Positions 47,774 to 58,166 of a DNA stretch of 64,000 bases are shown piece after piece. Source of the DNA: an uncultured delta proteobacterium (lineage in GTDB: Bacteria; Desulfobacterota; Binatia; UBA9968). Position 1 is the stretch's first letter; the number at the start of each line of letters is the position of its first letter. Position numbers and translations under genes: made by a program. The DNA is taken from NCBI GenBank assembly GCA_963745035.1, contig CAVUVW010000015.1:32001-96000 (forward strand). Reading direction: 5' to 3'. Below the pieces are notes generated by a model. That model made no database searches, had not been told where the DNA came from, and saw nothing but the letters and a program-made list of their open reading frames with translations.

Positions 47774-48433
47774 ATGACCGCGCCGCAAAGAAAACTCGAC
47801 GCCAAAAAACGGATGCAGCGCATCCTCACGCGGCTGGAGAAAGCGCACTCCGACGCCAAGCTCGATCTCGACTTCAAAAATCCCCTGGAGCTGCTGGTCG
47901 CGCTCATCCTGGCCGCCCAGGCGCGCGACGATCTGGTGAACAAGATCACTCCGCAACTTTTTCAAAGCCACCGGACGGCCGCCGATTACGCGGCCGCCAC
48001 GCCGGCTAAACTGGAAGCCGAGATCGGCAAAATCAACTTTTACCGGAACAAAGCCAGATCGATTCACAATTGCGCCAAGCAACTCGTGGAGCGCTTCGGC
48101 GGCCGCGTCCCCGACAATCTCGATGATCTTCTTTCGCTGCCGGGCGTGGGCCGCAAGACCGCCAACATCGTTTTGGGCAATGCCTTCGGTCGGCAGACGA
48201 TCGGCGTCGATACCCACGTCATGCGGCTTGCCCAGCGTTTGGGCTTCACCAAAGCCGCCGACCCGGATGATGTCGAAGTGGATTTGCTGAAAGTCGTCCC
48301 GGAAAAAAAGCGCGTGCGCTTCTGCCACCTGATGCAATACCACGGCCGGCGCATCTGCGTGGCCAAAAAGCCCAAGTGTCCGCAGTGCGTGATCAACGAG
48401 CTCTGCCCGTTTCCGGCAAAGACAAAATTCTGA
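47774..48433 (+). CDS. nth: Endonuclease III (paralog 2)
   Basis: LPGVGRKTANIV, GVDTHV, CX6CX2CX5C. Confidence 0.93.
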   Translation: MTAPQRKLDAKKRMQRILTRLEKAHSDAKLDLDFKNPLELLVALILAAQARDDLVNKITPQLFQSHRTAADYAAATPAKLEAEIGKINFYRNKARSIHNCAKQLVERFGGRVPDNLDDLLSLPGVGRKTANIVLGNAFGRQTIGVDTHVMRLAQRLGFTKAADPDDVEVDLLKVVPEKKRVRFCHLMQYHGRRICVAKKPKCPQCVINELCPFPAKTKF

Positions 48434-48577
48434 CCGTGCGCGGATTCGATCAACGGCTCCGGCACAAGCCGGCGCGCTCCGTTTACCGGTTTCGACCATG
48501 CGAACAGGCCCACGTTGTTTCGCGCCGCGCCGAGCAGTAGACTGATGGAATGAATTGTTGAGATTCTTACTCGATCC

Positions 48578-49291
48578 ATGAGCCAACTACTCGCGCCACC
48601 TGCTCCCTTCAGTATGATTCGTGAAGTGCGCGGCTTGATCGAACTGCCGCGCCTGCTGCTGCGCTTCCCCGAGCTTGCCCGCCAACCCCGCGGGCATGGC
48701 CAGCCGGTGCTGATCCTGCCCGGTTACGGCGCCGGCGATATTTCCACTCTGTTGCTGAAACACTATCTCCGCCTGCTCGGTTATCACGCGCGGGGCTGGG
48801 GCTTGGGACGCAACGTCGGCGACGCCGCCGAGCTGCTGCCGAGAATACTCAAGCGCGCCGCCTCCCTGGCGCAGCGCAATCAAAGCAAAGTGCACCTGAT
48901 CGGCTGGAGCTTCGGCGGTTATCTTGCCCGCGAGCTGGCGCGCGAGCGCGCCGACCTCATCGGCCAAGTCGTCACTCTCGGCACCCCGGTGGTGGGCGGG
49001 CCGAAGTATACGGCCTTTGCCCAGTCCTTTCAGCGCCGCGGCATCGACCTGGAGGCCCTCGCCTCGGCCATCGAAGCGCGCAATCGAGTTTCCCTGTGCA
49101 CACCGGTGATCGCGATCTATTCGCGCCGCGATGCCGTGGTCGCATGGCAGGCGTGCATCGACCACAACGGCGCCAACGTCGAACACGTCGAGGTGCGCAC
49201 CACCCATTTCGGCTTCGGCTTTTGCCCCGACGTTTACAAGATCATCGCCCAACGCTTGGCCGGCGTCATTCCTGGTCCGCGCAGCCGCTGA
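48578..49291 (+). CDS. Alpha/beta hydrolase (PGAP1/esterase-like)
   Basis: PVLILPG, IGWSFGG nucleophile elbow, D..V, HFG. Confidence 0.88.
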   Translation: MSQLLAPPAPFSMIREVRGLIELPRLLLRFPELARQPRGHGQPVLILPGYGAGDISTLLLKHYLRLLGYHARGWGLGRNVGDAAELLPRILKRAASLAQRNQSKVHLIGWSFGGYLARELARERADLIGQVVTLGTPVVGGPKYTAFAQSFQRRGIDLEALASAIEARNRVSLCTPVIAIYSRRDAVVAWQACIDHNGANVEHVEVRTTHFGFGFCPDVYKIIAQRLAGVIPGPRSR

Positions 49292-49326
49292 GGCAACTCC
49301 GGCGCGCCCACCGTGAAATTCTTGTC

Positions 49327-49812
49327 ATGGAAAGCTCCTTCGCTTTTTTGCTCCTCGCCCTCGGCTTGGTCGTCGCCGGAATGATCGGCCTGGTGCTGCC
49401 GGCTCTCCCCGGCGCGCCGCTTATCTTCGCCGGCTTGCTGCTCGCCGCCTGGACCGAGGACTTTGCCTACGTCGGCCTCTGGACCATCGTCGTTCTGGCG
49501 CTGATCGCGCTTCTGACCTATGCGGTCGATTTCTGGGCCACCATGTTCGGCGCGAAAAAATTCGGCGCTTCTAGGCGCGCCGTCATCGGCGCGATTTTGG
49601 GACTGCTCGTCGGCGTCTTCCTGGGATTTCCCGGAGTGATTTTCGGGCCGTTCATCGGCGCGGTGATCGGCGAGCTGTCGGCGCGGCGCAATCTCGAGCA
49701 GGCCGCGCGCGCCGGAGTCGGCGCCACCATCGGCGTGGTGCTCGGCGCCGCGCTCAAGGTCGCGCTGGCGCTCGCGATGATCGGAATTTTCGCAGTCGCG
49801 CGTTTTCTTTAG
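49327..49812 (+). CDS. DUF456 family membrane protein
   Basis: LP.LPG..L, GAKKFGAS, GPFIGAVIGE. Confidence 0.88.
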   Translation: MESSFAFLLLALGLVVAGMIGLVLPALPGAPLIFAGLLLAAWTEDFAYVGLWTIVVLALIALLTYAVDFWATMFGAKKFGASRRAVIGAILGLLVGVFLGFPGVIFGPFIGAVIGELSARRNLEQAARAGVGATIGVVLGAALKVALALAMIGIFAVARFL

Positions 49813-49903
49813 CCGCGAGTGTGTTATAGCCGTGGGAATCCATGCGCGCTGCCGCCATCGTCTTGCGGGCGTTGCCGCGGCGCGCCAGCGTTTCGGAGGA
49901 AAC

Positions 49904-50824
49904 ATGAAAAGAATTTTGCCGGTCATGCTCGCTTTACTGCTCCACACCGAGGCGCTCGCGATCACCATCGCCACCGGCTCGGCCGAAGGCACCTACTTCA
50001 AGGTCGCTCAGGACATCAAGCAGATCGCCGAGAAAGAGGGCATCCCGATCGATGTCATCGTCACCGGCGGCTCCTTCGACAACATCAACCTGCTCGGCGC
50101 CGGCAAAGTCGATCTGGCGATCATGCAGCTCGACGTGCTGCGGTTTGTCGCCGAGATCATGCAGAAGGAAGCCGGGCTCAATGTGCTTCAGGAAGCCAAA
50201 GTCGCGCTCAATCTCTATCTCGAGGAAATTCACGTCATCACCAAGAATCCGGAAATCCGAACTTTCGATCAGCTCCAGGGGAAAAAGGTCGCCGTCGGCC
50301 CGGAGAAAAGCGGCTCGGCGCTCACCGCCGAAGTCCTGCTCGCCGGCTTCGGTCTGCAGGTCGAGCGGGTGTTCGACGCCCCCGAAGACGCGATCAAGAA
50401 GCTCGACCAGGGCGCAATCGACGCGCTCGTGTTTGTCGGCGGCGCGCCGATTCCTGCCTTTCAGAAACTCGATAAGAATTTTCGCTTCGTGAGCCTGCCG
50501 CCGGATAGCGGGCTGGAGCAAATCTATCCGAAGAAGAAGATCGCCAAAGCGACTTATCCGTGGGTGGACGAGGTCGATACCCACGCCGTTCCCTCGGTCG
50601 TCATGACCCGCAATCGCGACGACAAGGACTACGTGACGGCGATGCAGAAATTGGTGCTGTTGATCCTCTCGCAGAAAGACTACCTGGACGCCAACGGCCA
50701 TCCCAAATGGAAGGATTCTTTCGTCCGCTCGACCCAGAGCAATATCGGCTATGCCCCCGCCGCCAACGTGATCCAGCTCTACAACGTGCTCGACAGCATC
50801 GGCTACCGAATCATCAAGAAATAG
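49904..50824 (+). CDS. TAXI-family TRAP solute-binding protein, orphan
   Basis: IATGS..GTY, TGGSFDN, LYLEEIHV, SGS. Confidence 0.9.
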   Translation: MKRILPVMLALLLHTEALAITIATGSAEGTYFKVAQDIKQIAEKEGIPIDVIVTGGSFDNINLLGAGKVDLAIMQLDVLRFVAEIMQKEAGLNVLQEAKVALNLYLEEIHVITKNPEIRTFDQLQGKKVAVGPEKSGSALTAEVLLAGFGLQVERVFDAPEDAIKKLDQGAIDALVFVGGAPIPAFQKLDKNFRFVSLPPDSGLEQIYPKKKIAKATYPWVDEVDTHAVPSVVMTRNRDDKDYVTAMQKLVLLILSQKDYLDANGHPKWKDSFVRSTQSNIGYAPAANVIQLYNVLDSIGYRIIKK

Positions 50825-50835
50825 CGGCGGATGCG

Positions 50836-51198
50836 CTATTCGTCGCGGTGAACGGTCGCCGATGAAAACGCCGGCAGACAGATCGCCAGATACTCCGCGC
50901 CGTCACTCCCAGGCGTGCTGTAGCGCACCCACTCGCCGGCTTCGACGACGATCCCCTGCCCGGCGGCGACTTTGAAATTTTCCGAGCGAGTCTCGACTTG
51001 CAGCTCGCCGCGCAGCACCACGGTGTACTCGGCGAATTCCGGAGTCTGGCCGGGCTCACGCCATCCTGATGGGCTCGTCATCTTGGCGATGCTGATTGTG
51101 CGAGTCTGCGAGTTCACCCGGCCGACAAACTCTTCGATGATCTTCGGCGGCTGCCCAGCCGCGGGAATGACCGTCGGTGCTGATATTAGTTTTGCCAT
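50836..51198 (-). CDS. Cupin domain protein
   Basis: GWREPGQTPEFAEYTVVLRG, EWVRYSTP. Confidence 0.88.
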   Translation of the reverse strand: MAKLISAPTVIPAAGQPPKIIEEFVGRVNSQTRTISIAKMTSPSGWREPGQTPEFAEYTVVLRGELQVETRSENFKVAAGQGIVVEAGEWVRYSTPGSDGAEYLAICLPAFSSATVHRDE

Positions 51199-51273
51199 GG
51201 GCAAGAAGTACAGCTAAATTCTACACCGCGCAATTGACTTATTTTCGACTCGCGAGCTAGATTCGCCGGACAA

Positions 51274-52776
51274 ATGCTCGAATCCCTGGCGAGCCTTATT
51301 TACGGCTTCAACATCGCGCTGCAGCCGCAAAATCTTTTCTATTGCTTCATCGGCGTCACCATGGGAACCCTCGTCGGCGTGCTTCCCGGCATCGGTCCGA
51401 CGGCGACCATCGCGCTGCTCTTGCCGGCCACTTTCGCGCTCAATCCAATCTCCGCCATTATCATGCTCTCGGGCATCTGCTACGGCGCCATGTACGGCGG
51501 CTCGACGACTTCAATCTTGCTCAATATTCCCGGCGAAGCCTCGTCCGTGGTGACCTGTTTCGACGGCTATCAGATGGCGCGTCAGGGCCGGGCCGGCGCC
51601 GCCCTCGGGATTTCCGCCTTCGCTTCCTTCATCGCCGGCACCTTCAGCATCTTCGGCCTCATCCTGCTCGCTCCGACGCTCGCCCATTTCGCGCTCCGAT
51701 TCGGCCCGCCGGAGTATTTTGCCCTGATGGTGATGGGGTTGACGGTGGTTGCCTATCTGGCGAGAAAATCGATGGCGAAAGCTTTGATGATGGCGGTTGT
51801 CGGCATCCTGCTCGGATGCATCGGCCTCGACCCGATCACGGCAACGCCGCGGTTTACTTTCGGCATGCTGGAACTGGCGGACGGGATTGGCATAGCGCCG
51901 GTGGTGATGGGGCTTTTCGGCATCGCCGAGGTTCTGGAGAACCTCGGCGTGCGGCGCAAGACCGAAGTCTTTGCCGAGAAGATCAAGGGGCTTTTCCCCA
52001 ACCGCGAAGACTGGAAACGATCCGTCGGCCCGATCGCGCGCGGCTCGCTATTAGGATTTTTCCTGGGACTCTTGCCCGGAGTGGGAGCCATCGTGCCGCA
52101 ATTTTTGAGCTATGCCCTGGAAAAGAAACTCTCGCGCCGTCCCGAACGATTTGGCAACGGCGCCATCGAAGGCGTCGCTTCGCCGGAGGCCTGCAACAAC
52201 GCCGCCGTCGGCGGAACCTTTATCCCGCTTCTGAGCTTGGGCATACCTTCTACTGCGATGACGGCGATTTTGCTAGGCGCCTTGATGATCTATGGCCTCA
52301 CCCCCGGACCTTTGTTGATCAAGAATTCCCCCGATCTATTCTGGGGCGTGATCGCGAGCATGTACATCGGCAATCTCATGCTCTTGGTTCTCAACCTGCC
52401 GCTGATTCCCTTGTGGGTGCGTGTACTCAAAATCCCCTACTCCTATCTTTCGTGCTTTATCGTTCTCTTTTGTCTGATCGGCGCTTATAGTCTCAACAAC
52501 AGCACCACCGATATCTACGTCGCGGTCGTCTTCAGCGTGGTCGGACTGCTCATGAAGAAATTCGCTTTCGAGCCCGCGCCGCTGGTGCTCGCGTTCGTTT
52601 TGGGTCCTTTGCTCGAGACCGCTTTGAGGCGCTCGCTGATCCAATCGGATGGCAGCCTTTTGATCTTCCTACAAAGGCCGATCTCCGCGGCATTCATTCT
52701 GTTTTCCGTCGCTGTGCTCGTTGCGCCGCTGTTCGGACAGATAAGGTTGGGACGTGGACTCAGCGAAGAGGACTAA
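51274..52776 (+). CDS. tctA: Tripartite tricarboxylate transporter permease TctA
   Basis: [37 protein letters not shown]. Confidence 0.95.
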   Translation: MLESLASLIYGFNIALQPQNLFYCFIGVTMGTLVGVLPGIGPTATIALLLPATFALNPISAIIMLSGICYGAMYGGSTTSILLNIPGEASSVVTCFDGYQMARQGRAGAALGISAFASFIAGTFSIFGLILLAPTLAHFALRFGPPEYFALMVMGLTVVAYLARKSMAKALMMAVVGILLGCIGLDPITATPRFTFGMLELADGIGIAPVVMGLFGIAEVLENLGVRRKTEVFAEKIKGLFPNREDWKRSVGPIARGSLLGFFLGLLPGVGAIVPQFLSYALEKKLSRRPERFGNGAIEGVASPEACNNAAVGGTFIPLLSLGIPSTAMTAILLGALMIYGLTPGPLLIKNSPDLFWGVIASMYIGNLMLLVLNLPLIPLWVRVLKIPYSYLSCFIVLFCLIGAYSLNNSTTDIYVAVVFSVVGLLMKKFAFEPAPLVLAFVLGPLLETALRRSLIQSDGSLLIFLQRPISAAFILFSVAVLVAPLFGQIRLGRGLSEED

Positions 52777-53224
52777 AACAATCGCCGCCGGTGCCGGCGC
52801 GCTATTCTGGGTTACCGCCGGACTGCTGGCATGTTACGAAGCCATCCAGCTCGGTCTGGGAAGCGTTACCGAGCCGGGCGCGGGTTTCATTTTTTTCTGG
52901 TCGGGGCTGATTCTGACAGTCCTGTCCCTCATCGTCTTCGCCGATTCCGTTCGCACTCCCGCGGAAACGCCGCGGGAAATGCGCGAGATCAACTGGACAA
53001 AGATTGCTCTGGTACTTCTCTCGGTCTTGTTGTACGGCTTCTTTTTGGAAAGGCTCGGTTTTGTTCTGACAACGTTTATTCTCGTGAGTTTCTTACTGGC
53101 TTGCGTCGAGGGCACAAACTGGTTCCGATCCCTTGGCGTAGCATGCGCGGCGGCGCTGGCGAGCTATACGATGTTCGAGCTGTGGCTAAAGATCAGGCTT
53201 CCCAAAGGCTTCTTGGGTTTCTGA
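52754..53224 (+). CDS. tctB: TctB family membrane protein
   Basis: Four TM segments, PGAGF, LKIRLPKG. Confidence 0.88.
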   Translation: MDSAKRTKTIAAGAGALFWVTAGLLACYEAIQLGLGSVTEPGAGFIFFWSGLILTVLSLIVFADSVRTPAETPREMREINWTKIALVLLSVLLYGFFLERLGFVLTTFILVSFLLACVEGTNWFRSLGVACAAALASYTMFELWLKIRLPKGFLGF

Positions 53225-53240
53225 TAGGGAAAGGAGAATA

Positions 53241-54239
53241 ATGATGACTCCATTGCGCAAAAGATTTCTGGCGCTGGTTTTGGCACATGCGATCGCTCTC
53301 AGTACGGCGCCAACTCTCCTCTGGTCGCAGGATAAGTACCCTTCAAGGCCAATCGAAATGGTCGTAGCATTTCCGGCCGGTGGCTTTGCCGACGTGACCG
53401 GCAGAATTTTCGCCGAAGAGATGTCGAAGGTGCTGAACACCCCGATCGCGCCGATCAATAAAGGCGGCGCCACCGGCAGCCTCGCCGCCACATCCATGCT
53501 CAGTGCAGCGAAGGATGGCTACAGCATCTTGGTGAACACGCTCGGCGGCATGGTGCTCGCGCCGGTTACTCTCAAAGACATCAAATACGACACGAACAAG
53601 GATTTTTATCCCGTCGCCTTCATCACATCCGCGCCGGACGGACTGACGGTGCGCGCGGAGTCGCCGTACAAGAATCTCAATGACCTGATCGATGCGGCGA
53701 AAAAGAACCCCAACAAATTGTCCTACGGAACGGCGGGCACCGGCGTCGGCGGCCACTTTAATTCTTTGATCCTCTCCCAGGTCACCGGCATCAAGATCAA
53801 ACATGTCCCGTACAAAGGCGGCGGAGAATACATTCCCGCGCTCCTGGGCGGGCATCTGGATTTCGTCATCGGCACCGCGATCGCGACGTTGCCGCAGGAA
53901 AGCGCCGGCAAGCTCAGAACCTTGGCGCTCCTGGGCAGCAACAAGATGCAGGGACTGCCCTCGGTCCCGACCACCGCTGAGCTGGGCATCAAAGGAAATT
54001 ATCTCGACAGTTGGTCCGGCGCCTTCGTTACCACCGGCACACCCAAACCGGTCATCGATACACTGACGGCCGCGGCTGAGAAAGTGATCAAGTCCAAGGA
54101 ATTCAGCGCGAGAATTGAAAAAACCGGCGGCGTCGTTCAGTACATCGCCCCCGCCGAGTTTCGCTCGATGATCGAGCGCGACAAAAACACCGCGCTGGAG
54201 ATCGCGAAGAAAGAGGGACTGGCGCAGGGGGCCAAATGA
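53241..54239 (+). CDS. tctC: TctC substrate-binding protein
   Basis: YPSRPI..VVAFPAGG..D, DGYS, HVPYKGGG. Confidence 0.93.
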   Translation: MMTPLRKRFLALVLAHAIALSTAPTLLWSQDKYPSRPIEMVVAFPAGGFADVTGRIFAEEMSKVLNTPIAPINKGGATGSLAATSMLSAAKDGYSILVNTLGGMVLAPVTLKDIKYDTNKDFYPVAFITSAPDGLTVRAESPYKNLNDLIDAAKKNPNKLSYGTAGTGVGGHFNSLILSQVTGIKIKHVPYKGGGEYIPALLGGHLDFVIGTAIATLPQESAGKLRTLALLGSNKMQGLPSVPTTAELGIKGNYLDSWSGAFVTTGTPKPVIDTLTAAAEKVIKSKEFSARIEKTGGVVQYIAPAEFRSMIERDKNTALEIAKKEGLAQGAK

Positions 54240-54420
54240 AAGAGACGAGACCTCTGTAGAAGCAAATTTCTTTGGATCGCCAAAAGCGCTGAGTATGACC
54301 ACGCGCGGCCAACGTGAAATTGATATCCCTACGTACCGGCTTTGAACAACGGTTCAATATCCCCTAGTACACTGCTGGAATTGCAGCTGCAGACTCAATA
54401 GTTGGGTGTCATGAGGAAAT

Positions 54421-55284
54421 ATGAAACAAGCTAAAGGCCCTGAGTTCATCCGTTTCTTTCGGCCGATTCTTGAGCTGCTGCTGGAATCTGGCGGCACTGG
54501 CACTCCTTCCGAAATTGTTGACCGTTCCCTTGAAATAGCAAAGGTTTCCGAATCAGAACAGGAGGCCGTCAACAAGAATGGACAATCTCGGATTAAGAAC
54601 CAAGTACACTGGGCACGCCAATATCTGGTGTGGGATGGTTACTTGGATTCATCCAAGAGAGGCGTGTGGAGTCTTACAGATAAGGGTAGGTCCGCTGACA
54701 TCACAAAGGTCAATCCGCTCGAAGTATTCAAAAGCGTTCAAACGAGACTCACCGGGGCAAAGCAAGCGAAGAAGCAGAATACGCCTTCGGCGGACGAACC
54801 GTTACCCAATGACATAGAGTTGCAGGACCACAGGACTCGGCTGCTAGAATTGATCAGGTCGTTGTCACCGGATGGATTCGAGCGCCTAAGCCAAAGACTA
54901 CTTCGTGAGTCTGGATTTCAACACGTGACAGTTACGGGCAGGGCAGGAGACGGAGGGATAGACGGAATTGGGACTCTGCAGGTTAATCCCTTCGTGAGCT
55001 TCAATGTCCTTTTCCAGTGCAAACGATATCTGGGGACTGTCACTCCTTCCCACGTGCGCGATTTTCGAGGCGCCATGATGGGGCGTGCTGATAAGGGCAT
55101 AATCATCACCACGGGCACGTTTACACTTGAAGCCAAGAAAGAAGCACGGCGCGACGGAGTTCCACCCATTGAGCTCGTCGATGGAGATGTTCTTGTCGAC
55201 ATGTTTGAGCGTCTCGAACTAGGACTCATACCCAAACGGACCTACGATATCGATGAACGATTCTTTGATGATTATCGAAAATAG
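54421..55284 (+). CDS. mrr: Mrr-family type IV restriction endonuclease
   Basis: Mrr N-domain (WARQYL..GVWSLT), DGGIDG..FQCKRY catalytic motif. Confidence 0.93.
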   Translation: MKQAKGPEFIRFFRPILELLLESGGTGTPSEIVDRSLEIAKVSESEQEAVNKNGQSRIKNQVHWARQYLVWDGYLDSSKRGVWSLTDKGRSADITKVNPLEVFKSVQTRLTGAKQAKKQNTPSADEPLPNDIELQDHRTRLLELIRSLSPDGFERLSQRLLRESGFQHVTVTGRAGDGGIDGIGTLQVNPFVSFNVLFQCKRYLGTVTPSHVRDFRGAMMGRADKGIIITTGTFTLEAKKEARRDGVPPIELVDGDVLVDMFERLELGLIPKRTYDIDERFFDDYRK

Positions 55285-55286
55285 GC

Positions 55287-55357
55287 ACTCAACAACGCCT
55301 CGCATCTTAGCGGTGGCTCGCCGCGGGTCACTGGCGAAGCAAAGGCAGACGTTGGCT
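55287..55357 (+). mobile_element. attC-like integron recombination site downstream of mrr
   Basis: R'' ACTCAAC (RYYYAAC) just after the stop, imperfect palindrome ending GTTGGC; the upstream GTTGGGTGTC (54401) is nearly complementary to GGCACTCAAC. Confidence 0.55.
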
Positions 55358-55411
55358 GACAGAGCCAGCGTGATCAATCGATGGGATGTTTACTAGAAAA
55401 CAGGAGTGGTC

Positions 55412-55732
55412 ATGAAAATTGACATCGACAAACTCACCGAGGAAGAACTGATCGACTTGAACAACCGGATCGTGGCGCGGTTGCGGTTTTTGAACCAGAT
55501 GCGCGCGCATTCGCAGATGCTCGACTTTAGGATCGGCAATCGGGTCACGTTTCAGCCCGAAGGACGGCCAGCGCTGTTTGGGACAATCACTCGCTATAAC
55601 AAGAAAACGGTCACGGTCATCACGGATAACGGCCAGCACTGGAACGTGGCGCCGGGACTTTTACGCAAGGCAAGTTCAGGCGAGGGCACGGAGACCCGCA
55701 ACGCAAAGGTCGTCCAGCTGCGCAAGGAGTAG
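55412..55732 (+). CDS. Conserved hypothetical protein (SH3-like C-terminus)
   Basis: AGGAG RBS; MKIDIDKLTEEELIDLN..RYNKKTVTV..WNVAPGLL. Confidence 0.8.
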   Translation: MKIDIDKLTEEELIDLNNRIVARLRFLNQMRAHSQMLDFRIGNRVTFQPEGRPALFGTITRYNKKTVTVITDNGQHWNVAPGLLRKASSGEGTETRNAKVVQLRKE

Positions 55733-55839
55733 GCTGATCGCTACGCTCCGTCACCTAGGTGGAGTTTGAAAGCGGCCCGCTCGCGCATTCGCCACACGAG
55801 GATCAGGGTCTCGTCAAAGTCGTGTTATGCAAGGTTACA

Positions 55840-55916
55840 AATCCCTCTAAATCTCCCTTTGCAAAAGGGAGACTTTCATTTCCTCCTTTTGGAAAAGGGA
55901 GGAAGGAGGAATTTTT
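55840..55916. repeat. CCCTTT..AAAGGG-type REP doublet
   Basis: AATCCCTCTAAATCTCCCTTTGCAAAAGGGAGAC...CCTCCTTTTGGAAAAGGGAGG..GGAATT twin hairpins. Confidence 0.7.
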
Positions 55917-55993
55917 GGAGAGCGGGCTTGTCGAAATTAATTCACTCCGGTGAAACTGACTTTGACGTTGCGGTGATACGAGGTGTCGAAGAA

Positions 55994-56232
55994 ATGAAAG
56001 ACAGTGCCAAATATGCAAAGATTGTGGAATGGCCCGAAGAAGATCAGTGCTACGTGGGAAGTGCCCCCGGCTTGGTTCTAGGCTGCTGCCATGGGGATGA
56101 TGAGAAAAAGGTCTTCGACGAGTTGTGCCAGATCGTCGAGGAAGCGATTGAACTATACCTAAAAGATGGCAAGCCACTCCCGCCTCCGACCTCCGGCGTG
56201 ACTTTGCGACAAAGATGCAAAACGTTGCCTGA
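55994..56232 (+). pseudogene. HicB-family antitoxin (C-terminal frameshift; no hicA seen)
   Basis: Y.KIVEW.EEDQCYVG..PGL...CHGDD..VF.EL..IVEEAI...GKPLP. Confidence 0.7.
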
Positions 56233-56260
56233 GAATGCACGTGAATGCGACGTGGTTTCG

Positions 56261-56634
56261 ATCGGAAACGTTTCACACAAAATGTAAGATTGAAAACCCA
56301 TCGGAGAGGTCTGCGTTCGGTAATCATACGCAAACTTTTGGTCGATACCGGGAGCGAATTCACCTGGGTGTCCGAGCGGATCGCTCGAACGAATCGGCAT
56401 ACGCGCGCGAAAAAAAGGACGTGCCATTTGTTCTCGCAAACGGCCAGGAAGTCACTCGTAGTGTCGGCTTTGCGATTATCCGTCTCGACAAATTTTTCAC
56501 AATCGACGAAGTCGTCTTTGCGGAACCCGGCGATCTGCAGCTTTTGGGCGCGCGCACGCTCGAAGGCCTAAATTTGACTGGTCGAGCCTACCAGGCGTCG
56601 GCTTGTCGCAGCCGGTCCTCTTCCCGCCGCTTAA
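56261..56634 (+). pseudogene. Clan AA (retropepsin-like) aspartyl protease, fragmented
   Basis: LVDTGSEFTW in one frame, LANGQ..R.VG..DEVVFAEPGDLQLLGARTLEGL in another; no intact start. Confidence 0.7.
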
Positions 56635-56745
56635 CTGATAGGCTTGCGCGCGTTACTTATGACTGCGCGCCTCATGCAACAGATAAGATTAACACGACGA
56701 CTGCACAGATAATCCGCTGCGTGAGCGTGGCGACGGATTCAACCA

Positions 56746-57138
56746 CTACTCCGCTCGCGTCGTCAGCTCGATTTTGTAGCCGTTGGGATCTTCGAGAAAC
56801 GCGATGGCGTTGTTACCGCTCCCATGTTTCATCGGTCCCGGCTCGCGCACGATCTTAACGCCTTTTGCGCGAAGCTCGTCACAGGTTTTGTAGACATCCG
56901 GCACACCGAGAGCGATGTGGCCGAAGCCGTTGCCGATATCATATGAGTGTGTATCCCAATTGTACGTAAGCTCGATGACTGCGTCCGTCTCCTCAGACCC
57001 ATAGCCGACGAACACGTTGGTAAACCGGCCGGACTCGTATTCGCGTTTCTTTAAGAGTTTCATGCCGAGCCCGTCGCAATAAAATTTCAAACTCTCGTCG
57101 AGATCATTGACTCGGATCATCGTATGAACAATTTTCAT
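56746..57138 (-). CDS. gloA: Lactoylglutathione lyase
   Basis: HTMIRV.DL..SL.FY, IELTYNWD, GFGHIA, DPNGYKIE. Confidence 0.95.
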   Translation of the reverse strand: MKIVHTMIRVNDLDESLKFYCDGLGMKLLKKREYESGRFTNVFVGYGSEETDAVIELTYNWDTHSYDIGNGFGHIALGVPDVYKTCDELRAKGVKIVREPGPMKHGSGNNAIAFLEDPNGYKIELTTRAE

Positions 57139-57172
57139 CGCGCCTCCTTCGTCGCATAATATCGCGACCAAT

Positions 57173-58154
57173 TTAGCTCATCGCCTTGGCAAATCCGCGA
57201 ATCGTCTCTTCCCGGCTCCCGCCCGGCGGGCTGTAGGGAATGATCGCGATTTGCTGGATGCCGGTTTTCTTGATGCGCTCGATCTGCGCGCGGCACTGGG
57301 CGACCGTGCCGGCGATGGCGAACTTGTCGACGAGCCAGTCGGGAATGACTTCGGCGTGGTTCGCCTGCTGGTCCATGTGGTGGTAGTAGTCGTAGGTTTT
57401 GCGGATTTCTTCGAGAACTTTCTGTTCGTTGGGATCGAGCACATACGGCAGCGGATGGGCGACGACGCGGGCGACGTGCGCTTTGACGGCATCCTTGGCC
57501 GAAGCGGTCTCGGAAACCGCGCAGGGAACCCAAAGAACGAGATTGATGTCCTCCAGCTTGCGTCCCGCGGCTTTCGCGCCCGCGGCAATTTTTTCTCGCG
57601 CGTGCGCGATGTATTCGTCGGCGACGCCGACTAGCACAATGATGCCGTCGGCGATGCGCCCGGAGAGCTCGAGCATCTTCGGCCCGCTGGCGGCGACATA
57701 GATCGGCACTTTGCGCTTTGCAAGGATGAAGCAGATGAATCTTGCCGCTCGGCAGTTGCGCCTCGTTGCCGGCGAAGAGTTCGCGCATTTGCTCCAAGGA
57801 CTTTTCGAAGTTAGCGAGCGTGGAGGGCTTCAAGCCCATGGTTTCCACCGAGCTGTCGCCCAGGCCGATGCCGACGATCATGCGGCCCGGCGCGTACTCT
57901 TCGAGGGTGGCGTAGGCGCTCGCGAGCACCGAGGGATGGCGCGTCAGCGGATTGGTGACGCCGGTGCCGAACTTGACCTTGGTCGTGTTGAGCATCATCG
58001 CCGTCATGTTGACGTAGGCCTCGCGCCAGATGAGATGCGAGTCGCCGACCCAGATATGGCTGTAGCCCGACTCTTCGCTCACCTTGGCAAGGTGAATCAT
58101 TTTCTGTAACGGCTCGGTGGGAAAAAGACCCACGCCAAAATCAAACCCGCTCAC
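57173..58154 (-). CDS. LLM-class (luciferase-like, Mer-type) oxidoreductase, frameshifted near 57710
   Basis: WVGDSH, GTGVTNP.TRHP, PIYVAASGPKML..SG.IADG. Confidence 0.88.
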
Positions 58155-58166
58155 TTGGGATTCTCC

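Noticed and set aside
47144-48586. Long antisense ORFs (for example 480 aa here, 26072..27454, 20657..21781)
   Set aside because: Shadow frames of real genes, expected in high-GC DNA; no recognisable motifs
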